Assembly (NCBI RefSeq): GCF_006345805.1
Contig: NC_043000.1
Coordinates: forward strand, 97,774,001 to 97,838,000
Length of the DNA stretch: 64,000 nucleotides
Direction of reading: 5' to 3'
From: Octopus sinensis
Taxonomy: Eukaryota
Shown here piece after piece: positions 37,901 to 51,090 of this stretch (position 1 is its first letter; each line of letters starts with the position of its first letter). A program made the translations under genes and the position numbers. The notes under the pieces were generated by a model. That model was not told where the DNA came from, searched no databases, and saw only the letters and a list, made by a program, of their open reading frames with translations.

Positions 37901-40900
37901 TTTTAGCAGAGATAAAATAAAACAGATAGAAATAAAGAAATAGATGGGGGAACTATCCCACCTATCATCATTATCTCCCTTGGAAAAAAAAATCTATTCA
38001 GCTTTTTACTAGGTCAAGATGTGATAGGTATTTAGCACTTTTAAATGATCAATTAACTTTGTTAGAAAGAAGAAAATAAATAAATGAATGAAAGAATAAA
38101 TAGTGTTCAAGACAGGAGGTTGAGAGAAATTCTCATTTATTAGCTATAATTATGAATTCCCTCCCATCAAAATCAAATAATGTCTTTTTATCAGATGGAG
38201 AGATAGAAGATCATAGAGATATGCCTGACTCATATAAGTGATTATTGTAGAGTACAGAAGTGGCTATGTTCCATTATTTGAGAATTCTTATCGCCTGTAT
38301 GTTTTCACACCTGCAAAATATTGTTTTACCTAGCTATATGAAATACACAGCCACTCTGAGATAGACTGGTATTACTCAATCCAAGAGATTAATCTCAACA
38401 ACTTAAATGCTACTGCTAAATCTTGCCCACAGATAAATGTAAGCCTTAAGGCTCAGAGACAAAGATACGTAGTAAACTTTTACTTTCATAATCTTTGACT
38501 TTTATTTATCCAGTATGCTAAAACAATTTATTCACAGATGAAGACAAAAGAAATAGAAACTAAAAAAAAAAAACAAAAAAAAAACCTACAGACAATCATA
38601 CAAACAAGATACAGCTGAATCAACACTTCGCAAAGCCAAATTTTCCCAAATATTTGAGAAATGTGCTAATAATTGGTAGCTAAATCCACACCGAGATAAA
38701 AACTAATCAATTCAAGTGGTTTGGTGACACAATATATCAAGTGTGATTTGTTAGGTTTTATCCATCAGCTAAATCCATTCCTTACAAGGTTGAATGAAGC
38801 ATTAAGAATATCAAGTGGATAACAATGATACTGGAATCAATCGATGAATCAATGAATCAAACAGATTCTTAACAGTCTAAACAATACAACAAAAGAGATT
38901 TTTATGTGGAAGATTGATTTGAAAGATAGATAGATAAAAAGATCTATTTGGGAAGGTGAATTGAATGAACTTGCTTTGAGCTAAACTGACAAAACAAATT
39001 TGTATTGATAAATAGAAAATCTGAAGTCTCTAAAGGGTAGAAATACAAAATGGAGGAGGGGAAACAGTTCAAGGTCTAATCACAGTGAAGGCGGTTTGTT
39101 TCTTTTTAGGAAATTATACAAATTTATAAAGTGTTAAAAGGAGCTAATAGATGCCAAATATCTGATGACAGCAGTTTGAAGATGCATGGTTAACAAGTGC
39201 ACACATTCATGTAATTTGGTTTCAAAACCACAGTGCACCACTTTGGGCAAATATTTTCTACTATAGTCATGGGCTAACCAAAACCTTGTGAATGAAATTT
39301 GGTAAACACTTATACACTGATACATATATGTTAATTTATGTGAAATAAATGGAAATTAATTTTACAGTAGTAACAAAGAAAACTACTATTCAGGACATGA
39401 AATAATCCCTATTAACCCCATGACAATGTTTTTTTTTTATCAAGCAACTCGGTTGTACTGATGGTACTCATCTTGGTCAAGATCAGCAATTAGCTGACAA
39501 CAGTTTGGCATATATTTACATCAATTGCTTTAAAGCATGCACTGTTTATTTGTTAACAAACATCACTACAAAGACTGTAAATTCAATGAAACTGGCATAG
39601 CTGGGATGCAACTGTAAATTCCGTGAAGGACCAGGAGGATTTGCTGAACGTGTATGAATTTGATAGGAAGTCATAGTGGAAATGGTGGTGTACCCACCAA
39701 AACTGCTGCTTTTATACTATTATGGTGATGGAAGTCTCGAACTGAGTTAAAAATATTTACATGAAGAGTCTAACAAACCTATCAGATTCCTTAAAATTTG
39801 CACAGTGGCCTCTATTATCAATTCTGCGAGTGATAGTGGATATTTACATCAATGGGTACACATGACGTCAACCGAAGTTATGGAGCTAAATTCACAAATT
39901 AACATATATATGATTCTATGCACATCCAACAAAAATATACTGAGCATTGTCCAACCCATGCCCGCATGGAGAACAGACATTAAATGATAAATGATGATTA
40001 TCGTGTTCCGTATCACGAAATAAAATTATGTGTGAAATAAAATTATGTATGCATGTGCCATTATTTTAGATTTGCTTTTTCATGTCAGCATGGGTCAGAC
40101 AAGTTTTCTGAGGTAGTACTTTATTGCAGAGTACCATTCCTGTTTACAAACTCTTTTAGCTGCTTCGTATGACATGTGTATGAATGAGGGATGGAATAAT
40201 TGATACAAAAACCAACTTGTGGTATTTCTTTCTATCTAGTTTTGTGTTTGCAACAGACTCTCCCCACCATCACCTTTATGAATGCAATAAAATAAATACC
40301 AGACAAAGTAATAAGATTAGTATAACTAACTAAAAAGTCTTGAAAGTGGAGGCTCAGCATGTCTATGGTCAACCACAAAAACCAGAGTAAAGAATGTACC
40401 ATTTTATCATCATCATCATTTAGCATCCATGTTACTTGCTCAGTAAGGTTGGATGTTTAACAGAGTCTGATAAGTCAGAGGACTCTTTTGAGATCTAATG
40501 TCTGTTCTCAGCATCCAGCTGTTTCTACAGTCGGATGCCCTTCCTAATACCAATCACTACAGGATGTACCAATCTTACAACAAAGCAAAAATTTATTCTG
40601 AATGCTATCACTTCACTGCAACATTTACAAAATAGTTAACATCAACCTAAGTTTAAGAATTAACTGTTTCTTGACATTTTACATTTGATGATTGGTGATA
40701 GGGTCAGTATTCTGAAAATTATATACTCAAGAATCAAGAGCTTGGATTTCATTAAAAGAAGAGGTCAAATTTAATATGTATACAGTTTTTATGCTTCGGA
40801 GTAATTTAGTACCTTGTAATTTTAGAATCTAGAATCCAAGCAGAAAATTAGAGCAAAACAAAATAAAGATGTAAATAATCTAAAACACCACATTGGACTT

Positions 40901-41059
40901 CTGATTAAAAATTAATAAGTACAGAAAGAAAAAACAAAAAAACACCTTCCACGAAAGGCAGAAAAACACATTCTACTGAATAAAGAGAGAATGAATATAT
41001 CAATACCAATAACTTCATACTGTAACCTATTTTTTTGTACAAATGAAGGAACATCTAGA

Positions 41060-41405
41060 TGTTTGCTTGACTTGCTAGAAATAGCAGCTAAATCTCTAAC
41101 AAATCATATTGTAGCCACGAAAAAGAAAACAAACTGGATAATGTAGACAAGATGATCGTGGGGACTGGAATGTTCAGATTGAGGGTAGGTTCACTCAACA
41201 ACAAGCTAACACAAGAATGGCTACATGCTTATAATTCTCTTAGAAATCACATTGTACAGTTCCAAAAGGAAGGCTATATTGGATAATGCAGTTCTGAACA
41301 CAGATCTGACGGTGGTGGTTGAAGGGAGGGGTAAGATGGTCATGGTTGGAATGCATTTGGTGATAGGTCTGTTTGATCAGGACTGGACTCAGGGTTAAAC
41401 AACAG
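41060..41405 (+). repeat. Two copies of an ancient interspersed repeat family (unclassified)
   Basis: ttgacttgctagaaatagcagctaaatctc ... ggtctgtttgatcaggactgg..agggttaaacaac; further copies at about 420-580, 8090-8500, 32060-32225, 36870-37380, 45290-45475, 53700-53870 and 56980-57120, and inverted at 13020-13210, 23160-23350, 43200-43380, 49880-50060 and 58200-58350. Confidence 0.65.
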
Positions 41406-42084
41406 AACGCTTTTACTTGTCCAGCTGCTATTTATTTTATCCTGCCTGCTAATTCTTTATAGCTTTTGAAGACTGTTCTTAATATTAAACAACTTTATGG
41501 AGAACAAAAAATAAATAAATAAACTGGTGCTATTTGCAGTTATAGTTATTTATGAACACTTATCAAAAGACTCGTTGATAATTGATCTTTATCAATGCTG
41601 ATACTAGCCATTTCAGAAAATAACATTCTTGCAAGGAACCTAATTATGTAGCCTATGCAACTTGATTTTGTTCAATTATTTGGCAGAATGATTAGAGCAT
41701 CAGAAAAAATGTCTTGCAACCAAGTCTTCATATTCAGAGTTCAAATCTTACCAAGAAGAACTTAGTCTTTCATTTCTACAATAAAGTACCAGTCCAGTAT
41801 TGAGGGTGATGTAAAACTTTCCAGAATTACTGGCTAGCACCTAAATTAGAAATTATTATTTTTATATCTTATTTTGTAACAGGGTTTGAAGCATGTAAGA
41901 ACAGTATATTTTGTCTAAGATTACATGATACACTTGTATTACAGTTTCAATCTGTGATCTGACTACACTAGAGAACATGACCTTTATTTGGGTTACCAGT
42001 AGGGAGCCTTTATATAAGTCAACCTGCAAGAAATACTAGCCAAATCTTTCTCAAGTTAACCATATATGCTTAAAAAAAATAGAC

Positions 42085-42320
42085 AGAAACTGAAGAAGCC
42101 TGTTGTATATCTATCTAGCTGTGTGTGTTTGTCCCCTACACCACTTGATCAGTATGGTGTATTTATATCCCCACAACTTAATGGTTCAGCAAAAGAGAAC
42201 GATAGAATAAGTACCAGGCTTAACAATAATATAAGAACTGAGCTCAATTCATTCAACTAAAAATTCTCCAAAGTGGTGCTCCAGCATGGTTGCAGTCTAA
42301 TGATTGAAACAAGATAAAGA
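42085..42320 (+). mobile_element. CORE-type SINE, 3' portion
   Basis: gaaactgaagaagcc..., gatagaataagtaccaggctt, gtggtgctccagcatggttgcagtctaatgattgaaacaag tail. Confidence 0.7.
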
Positions 42321-42529
42321 AGATATAGAGTATTATAGTCTTCACACAATATCTGAAAGAAAAAAAAAGGGGGGGGGGTATTCACAAGTCTGCTGAATGA
42401 AGGTTGATCCAAGGATAAAAAACAACTTATATTTTAGTATTTCTTTCTGTATCAATTACCCCACAGATTGTAGATAGAAAGAGAATTTCTTTTTGTTGAA
42501 TCATAATACTGATGTACAGTTATTCTTTC

Positions 42530-42858
42530 ACTTGTTTCAGTCATTGGACTACAGTCATGCTGGGGGTACCATCTGAATGATTTAGTTGATCAAATCATTG
42601 CCAGTACTTACCGTATTAGTCACTTTTTACCATACTGCTAAACAAAACAACACCAGTTGCCAAGCAATAAGGAATTGATCAATCAATACACACTACCACA
42701 GTGAGTTTCTGCACAATTTCTGTATACCAGATTCACTCACAAGACATTGGTCAGAAAAGGTATGTAATAGAAGACACCCTCCTCAAAGTGCTGTGCAGAA
42801 GGACCAAACCTCCAAACGTGGTTTCAAAGTGAAAACTTCTAAACTGCATAACATGCCA
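42530..42858 (-). mobile_element. CORE-type SINE, inverted relative to 42085-42320
   Basis: cttgtttcagtcattggactacagtcatgctggggg..., accagattcactcacaagacattggtc, gaagacaccctcctcaaagtgctg. Confidence 0.7.
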
Positions 42859-45800
42859 GCTTAATTTATGTATGCATGTACAGTATGTACACATCTGTGG
42901 ATTGCTCGGAAAATAAAGTTGAATATATTCCAAATCATCAGCTGCATAGTAGGAATATTGAATTGAGACTAAATTTTTAAGGTTACCATGCTGTAATGTT
43001 AATAATTAGTTGTCAAAGTAACACCAATATACAATTTAGCCCACCCTATGTGAATTACAACATATTATCTATGTAGTTAAATGCTGTCTCCCGGTAGCGC
43101 AGCAACAGGTTAGTGAATTCTAATGAGAGTTGTGAACTAAATTGTGCAGACAATTTAATACCCATGTTGGGCTGTACCAGAGACCTTGGGTATATATTTT
43201 CTGGGTTATTTAGATCCATGCTCTGACCAATGATCAAAGTAATCTAGTTTTGTGCATCTGATCCGTTATTCCACACTAGATTATCCAATGTGTCCTTATG
43301 TCAATGTTATTTGAGAGAGATTTTGCTGCTATTTTTAACAGTTTGAGTTTCCATGTACATAGAAATTCCCTTGGTGGCTTATATTCCCAGAGTTCTACTC
43401 CATAGAGACTACAGTATATTTCAAAAACATTACACTTTGATATATAATAATTTTTTTTAAATGTTCATGCTATGTTGATGCATTAGCAATATATGCTTCT
43501 TCTATTAATATCTATGTCATTTTGTAAAAAGCAAATACTTTTTTCTGAAAAATTCTTGCATTAATATTGATAATTCTACTTAGGAAGGTAATAAATTTTT
43601 TTTAAAAGCCATTTTTTTTTTTTTTGCCTAAAAGCATAACACCATGGATTGACACAAGATAGAAAGAAATTTTTTAAGTGCGATATCCATGCCTTTTCCC
43701 CAATGGGATTAGCAGTGTAAGTGAAGTAAATGAAAAAAACAATTTACAACACCACATGTATGTGTATATAGGAGCTGTTAAATATTAGTTAAGAGCAGAT
43801 GTTTACAATAATGTTAAAGCAGTGTAGAACAGCTTTAAGCCATATTCACGTCTGACACAAATGACAAATGTCCCTCACAAGTGAACTGATATTTTTAACT
43901 GTGTGATGATGATGAATGTATTGTAGTTTACACCGAAGCAATGGATGTGGAAATAATATGCCAGACATATAATGCTAAAGTTTTTTTTTTTTTTAGGGTG
44001 CATCTGATTGCAATCTCAAATGGTTTGTCAAGGCACTTGGATCATTCACAGCACCAAGACAAAGAAGAAAAAAGCATTACAAGTAATAAATAAATATAAA
44101 ATGTTAACACAGGTAATATGCTATCAAAATTCAAAAATAGTCCAGACATGATCAACAACAGACTCTAAAACATCATTCTGTAAATTTTTTTTCAACTACT
44201 TTGTTACAAAGTTTAAAATTTTTGTCCTGTTTCTTTTCACCACTGCCAACTTAGATACACCTAACTGAATAAATGCTCAGTTGTAAGTGGGAAAGAACTT
44301 CCAACGTTTTAGGCTTTGGGACTGTTGAATATTACTACTACTGCTGCTACCATTACCACAAAGAGTAATGAACATTTCTTTCCCACATTTTTGAAGAAGA
44401 GTACAGTCGATAAAATCAATTTCAGTATTCAATGTTACAAGTAATTTATAGACAACCAAAGAAAATGAAAACAGAAGCTGACCAATAGCATTTGAACTTA
44501 TAGTGTTTGTTTATAACTATCTCTGTCAACTTTGGAATATTAATGACAGGTAATAGATTAGTAGTTCACATCCATAACACCTTTATCTTGGCCATCTCTT
44601 TCCCTTTGCAATGCCCTTCATTATGATTTCCTATTAAGCCATGATCTCTTTCTCCAATATTAGATATATAACATTGTCAAATTTGTAATCTATAAGAGCT
44701 CCTTTCCTTATCAGCAAGCAAATGTTTTAGCTCTGATTTATTGGCAACCCTCTATAACCCTTTTGTTACCATATTTCTGTTAAAATGCACTGCCTTTGTT
44801 TCAAATAATTTAGAAAATAAGACTCTAGTGCAACCCACATTTGAGTACTGTTCTTGTATTTTAGGCACTGATGCTGCAACACACCAACACAAACACAAAT
44901 TCCAAACTATATATAAAAACAAGGCCAATTAAGTTAGTAGATCTACTGTATTGGTGAGTCTTTGTCTATTAACTTACAAAAAATGTTATTCCCTCTGTTA
45001 TTCTTCTACAATGGCTTTGAGCTATCAAGCAGTGAATGTCTTCTTCTCAAGACCACACAATCCAATTATTTTATTGCTTCTCTCTTGCAGTTTCATTTTC
45101 CTCTGAACACAAATCAGTCTGCTCAATCCTTTCTCCTCAAAACTCTACTCATTTGGAATTTTCACTGCTGGTTACTGACCATCAACTGCACCGACCCCAT
45201 CGACTTGAAAGGACTGGTAAAGGTCATGAGCACAGCCCCCCACCCAACTAACCAGTAATGAAATTAATGAGAGCTTTGATACTGCCATTAGGCATGCTAG
45301 AAATAGCAACCCGATCATAGCCACCAGCTTAAAAAAAAGGAAATATCTGATAATGTAATCCAAGATACACTACTCCTTAAAGAAAAGAGGTGTGTGTGTG
45401 AGGGGGTAATCATGGATTGAATGCTCTTGGTTATAGGTTTTCCCCCATCAGGGCCCACCTAGGAGCAAAACAACTAAATACTGCATTTTTTAATGAGGTA
45501 TTCTGGCCTTGCTGTTCTAATAACAATTATGCAAAATTAGGGGCACCTTAGACAAATTTGTTACATGTGAGCTGAGAAACAATTATAGGCAAGATGGTGA
45601 AAGAAATGATGAGCAGTAATTAAGTTTCTTCCTCTGTTGCTTATTAACCCTGAAAGGATGAAAAGCAAAAAAGACAAACAAAATACCACTAAGCATTTTA
45701 CCCAGCTTGTTAACAATTCTTTTATAAACTCTCCTACATATGCTATAGCTGAAAAGAAAAGAAATGAAAACCACAGGAATGGTCATAAATAGACTTCTGG

Positions 45801-46011
45801 GTGTCAAAAATCCACTCTATGAATGGAGACCAATACTATGCCAAAAATGACAAAAAATGTGAAAACAGCAATTTGTACTCAATTTACATACAAATTCCTG
45901 CATGTAAGGTCAAAAATGCCTGCACATAAGGACTTAAAATAAGTAGAATATTTGGGTTTGATATGGCCAGTTTAAATGTTAATAAAAATAGAAAAAGAGA
46001 AATTTAATTAC

Positions 46012-46044
46012 CTCTGGTTTTCAAGGTCATTGACTTTTTTCTTC
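46012..46044 (-). CDS. Candidate 33-nt symmetric (phase 2-2) microexon: (G)KKKVNDLENQ(S/R)
   Basis: Acceptor caattttattttcattttAG, donor GAG|gtaatt; length divisible by 3; the phase-2 frame is open and compatible with the candidate exons on either side. Confidence 0.45.
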
Positions 46045-47794
46045 CTAAAATGAAAATAAAATTGAATATATACATGTTTTTGAAAATTCTCAAGTATTTG
46101 TAATGCATGATATTCAATATAACGTCAACTAAATGGGATATTTGCTTTTAAATGGTGAGACTTTTGTAGAGAAATAAGTGACTGAACCACTTGTAGATAC
46201 AGGTGAGTAAATTGCCCTGGGTAAATTAATTAATGATATCTATTTTACTGATCTCAATTGGAAAGACACAAAAAGTGGCACCAGAACTGTATCTCCAATG
46301 TTCAAAGGACTTGGATATGTTAAAAGTACATTCACAGTATCACCATTACAAATGCTATATTTCACATTTTCTGAAGTGCTTTGGAGGCAACCATACATCA
46401 ATACCAATCATGACTAATCTCAAAGACCGTGTTTTCTCTACAGGGTTAGAAAATAATTCAGTTAAGAAAATGTTGCTTATTGTCAAAGGCCCTGCATTAT
46501 CTGAGAGGCTGAAGGCAACATAAACAAAAGCATAAGGAAAAGTAACAAAGCCAAAACAAGAAAAAAAAAAAAAAGCCAAGGGCACATCTAGCTGTTATGT
46601 AGGCTTTTACTTATCAAACAACGGAAACCCACAATTTTTGTCCTCATATCATTTCTTTCATGAATACTATAATAGCTTTTGTTTTTTTTTTGGCTTTTGA
46701 GATTAATAAAAAATAAAAAAAGAAACTGTCATTTCCACTCAAATGTACCTGTCTATTCTGATATTGCAATAGTTTTGCAATATCAGCTCTTTGGACTATA
46801 TGGTCACATAAAACCCAATTTCCCAACTAGCAGCTGTTTAAACTGAACATAAATGACAATGACCTCACTAACCGAGGAAACACTACAAAACCACAAGTGC
46901 TATCACTTACTCCCTGCACCTCTTTACTTCAGAACCAAACAAATTACTAGTGAAAATTCTTAAAATTTATCAAATATTTAACAGTTTTCTGTTTGTTGTG
47001 TTCTCAATGCATGCAGGAATAACAGTAGCGGCTAAAAAAAGGTCTGCCTCAATACAAAACAACATCACTGGTAATAAAGATAGAGGAAATACATATTTCC
47101 AGAAACAATTTTTTTTATCTTCAATGTCTTTCAACTATGAATTACTGACCAGTAAGTAATGGAATAGCATTTTTTTTTATTTTTGTAGACACAGTGAATA
47201 ATTAATTGTTAATCAGCTTTCCAGTAGAAGAAAAGAAAAGCTTGAAGTGAACTAAAATACAAACAGAAAGAAAAACACAAGCAATATTTTCCAAGTTTTA
47301 AGTTGGTAAATAAATTACAGTGTGTGTGTGTGAGAGAGAGGGGGGGAAAGAGAGAGAGAGAGGAGAGCAAGAGAGAGTATTTTTCACTGCTCACTGGTTG
47401 GACAGAGCTGAAACTTACTCTGGGTGGAACAAATTGCTAAGCTACAAGGCATTATAAATTGCTCAGCATTTTTTTTTTATTAATAAATGAAAATTTTGAA
47501 CACAAGTCTGTGATTAAGTCAGCAAAGCTTGTCCCTCAGTTGAAATTGAGGTTTTATATATGTAGTTGAAAATGGTCTTTCTAAGTCAAGACATCAACTA
47601 AAATACAGATGATTACACTTATTCCATGTGAAAAGAAATTTTTAACAGTATTTCATTTAACATGCATGTATAAATAATATTTCAGATGATATTTCTATCA
47701 TCCATTTATCATTTTAAGCCATTTTTTTTTACCATGCTGGCATGGATTGAACAGGCTTATTTTGGCACACTGGCTTGCCATTTGTGGTCCTTAA

Positions 47795-47930
47795 ACCTTT
47801 GAGCCCTGACTGCCTGAACCTTATTTGACCATATACCTGGCTTCCTGATGCACTTCACCAGTAGAGCAGAGCTATGGTATAGAGAAAAATAAGCCATCCA
47901 CTGGTAAATCAGTGTTACGGGCTCAAAAGG
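47795..47930. mobile_element. Short piggyBac-type MITE (family D)
   Basis: TTAA-acctttgagccctgac ... gttacgggctcaaaagg-TTAA (TTAA at 47791-47794 and 47931-47934). Confidence 0.7.
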
Positions 47931-50900
47931 TTAATCACCTGATATGCACACCCCAATCTTTGTGCATGTGTTTTTAAATATTGTAGGTGGAGTCCCACTA
48001 CATAGCACCACTATAATGTTTCTTCTACAACAGCAATGGGCCAACTGAAGCCTTGTGGATAAATTTGGTATATGAATATTGAAAGAAACCTATTGTTTGT
48101 GTGTGCTTGCATGTGTATATATTTGTCTCTTTATTTTGACATTGCATGATTGTTGAAAATGAATGCCATTCATTTCTAATATTCTGCAAAATCATGTCTG
48201 GCTATGAGGAAATATTGTCTTGCTTGGAAACAGGTATGGGCATACAGCCATGGACAATCTAATAACCTTCATCCAACTCACACAAGCATTTAAAAGTAGA
48301 CATTAAAACAATGATGCTAATGATTAGCTTCTGTACATTCTGCAAGTGTAATTCCTTGAATTAAAAACATGAAATGGTAATGTGATATATAAATTCATTA
48401 TTTAAAAAAAATTTTCTTCTTCAATGTACAATTTTTTCAAGGAATTTTTTTAATGGTTTAATCAAAAGAGGGAGCAACTGCTCTAGACCTTTTTGTAGGG
48501 GAAAGAAAGGGAAGGGAAGAAAGGATAGGGAAGAAAGTAAGTATGACTCATGTTATCCTCAGACTGGGGGCAGGGTCCAAATACAACGGAATAGACTCTG
48601 CCAAAAGCACTCTAGGACCCTTTAAGCATTTAAACTGGCCATAGCCAGTTATTCTTTGTGTTTAATGCTCATATCAGCTAGTTCTATCTTCTCACACCTA
48701 CCATATAATGTCAATCTAAATGTAAATGATCACACCATTAGTATCTCGAAATTACAAGATCAATTCAAAACAATGTGATCAAATAAGCAGTACATTTGAC
48801 TGAGTAATCTGAATGCAGAAGGATTAAACTGGACAAGAGGTTAGATCTACCACCTTTGAAATATAGAAAAACTATTTCAGCTGTTGCAAAAACTTCAGAT
48901 TTTGTCATGAATTTTAGTTCTTTTGTTGCCAGATTTCTAATAATATTAATGGCGTATATGTTTCAATAATTGTTTAAATAATCAACAATTTGGAAGGATT
49001 AGTAAATAATTAGTTTCATCATTATTAAACTACTATTTGGAACATAAAACATTTCTACATGAAATTTTTGAAATCAACAAGTTTTATATCATAACACCAT
49101 AAGCAGTCTCAGATAAGGTGGTATTGATTCATTCTGGTTTGCTGAATTTTCATCATGTGTTTATAGAGAAGCATTATAATCTAAGCTTTATTATTTTTTG
49201 ATTTATCTGAAATATGCTCACAGACATAAGCATTACACATAACTTTCTGTGGTGATCAAAGAAACTTGAATTCGAGGTGAGAGTACATTCCAAAAATGGA
49301 AATAAGGAGTAAAGGAGACAGAGAAAGAGGGAGGGCTTAAAATATTTTATGATCACTAGTGTAATTTGATGAAGTAATTTATGATCTCATGCCAAGTACT
49401 TGCTACTAAACCTTATCATCTTACATCTATAACTATTTTTGAAAACTATAATCGGTGCTTACATTAATTTTCGTGAGAGTCATAAAAGTTTTAACTTTGT
49501 AGATTATATTCCTAATCATAATATAAAATGTTAAAGTTATGGCGGAAATATCAAATACAGCAATTCTCAATAGAATTGGCAGAGAGCTAAATAAAATATC
49601 ATCTGCTATTTTGTTACATCTCCTTCCTGAGTTCATTTCTGTCATGGCCAGCTTTGCCGTTCACTGTTGCAAGGTGAGTAAAATAAAAACCAATCAAACA
49701 CTGAAGGTGATCAATCTAATTAACAGCCTCCCTTTCTCAAACAGCCCATTGCAATAATGAAAAAGCTATTAAGTTTCTTATAAAAAAAACAAAAAACTCT
49801 TTTCATTCAAAACAGTAAATATAATTTTGGGGCAGGGCTTATACTGAAATTTCTTTGTAACCAACAGAAAAATACAAGCAAATCTATATTGTTTGTGGCT
49901 TTATCCTGGTCAGCTCTAAACCAGCAGTTCCAATGACAAACGATATTGTTTGACAAATTATCCATTTTTTTTTCTTTAGGTAAATTGTGGAATATCAGTG
50001 GTAGATTTAGCTGCTATTTCTTATTGGTTGAATGCCAAAATGCTCAAGCCAATAAAGACATTTCTATTGACTCTCTGCACATGGAATCAGTGTTACACAC
50101 AAAAACATTCTATAGCTGAACTGAAGAAAAGCCATGGGTGGTAGACACATCTAACTGCCCAGTTTAACACAATTATCAGCTGATGTAAGAGAATAGCTAT
50201 CCTGAAGTAGTTTCCTACTCATCTATTGAGCAATCTAACGAGTTTCTCTATCCTTTTCCACTCCCCTGTCTCAGACGTCCTATAAAAATTCATGGGCACT
50301 ATCATATTTCTAAGCCATAAAATAAAAGGAAAAAGTCATCTGTTTATATACACTAACATATAAAGATGACAGCTAGACCCCAAAATGAAGCATGTGCAAA
50401 TGATAATTCAATACATATCCATGCAAATACTTTCCATCAAAAGCCTCAATGTAGATATTTCCATAAGGGTTTAAAAAGAAAATAAAAATAGATATTGGGA
50501 AAATACAATAAGTTTTCATTCTTTTAAAAATACAGTTTCATAGTAAATGCATCCATTTTATGAAATGGGTTTTCAAAATTTGGCATTTGCATAATGTTAA
50601 AGCAAGGGGTTTCTACAAGCAGATGCCCTCTTACTGTTAAACATTCAAATGCAAATAAGGAACCTGTTGTTAAGCAGACAGACTGAAACAAGTTAGTCAT
50701 TAAGCTGTACACTGAAGGCTCAGTACAAATATTACAGCAAGATTTTTAACTGAATTCACAACTATGCAGTCAGTCAAACAATCAACCTTCGACATGGTTG
50801 AACAACCAGTCCCAACCAGTTGGGATTCAAAATATGGGTTTTACTATTCATCTTTCTGATTGCTGAATACAAAATGTGGCTTGCAAGACCTCTGTTCAGA

Positions 50901-50939
50901 TGATTTTTTTTTTGTGTGCCACCATCTCACCCTTGCATG

Positions 50940-51090
50940 TCAATCCATGGTAAGGTTACCCATTTATGGCTGTATGGACTGGAGCAATGTGAAATGAAGT
51001 GTTTTGCTCAAGAACTCAATGTACAGCAAGTCTGGGAACTGAAACCACAATCTCGTGATCGTGAATGCAACACTAACCACTAGGCCACAC
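50940..51090 (-). mobile_element. tRNA-derived SINE of a third family
   Basis: ggactggagcaatgtgaaatgaagtgttttgctcaagaactcaa body, followed by the reverse complement of a tRNA head (aactgaaacc ... ctaaccactaggccaca). Confidence 0.55.

Noticed and set aside
42880-43240. Possible CR1/L2 LINE remnant (SLVQPNMG; also LVQPTFEYCSCI near 44825)
   Set aside because: Only a short degenerate motif; too weak to annotate by eye.
46012-46946. bZIP-like reading RCREKKKVNDLENQ if the 36-nt and 33-nt exons are joined
   Set aside because: Lacks the invariant N-x7-R basic-region motif and a leucine heptad series, and depends on a weak exon.
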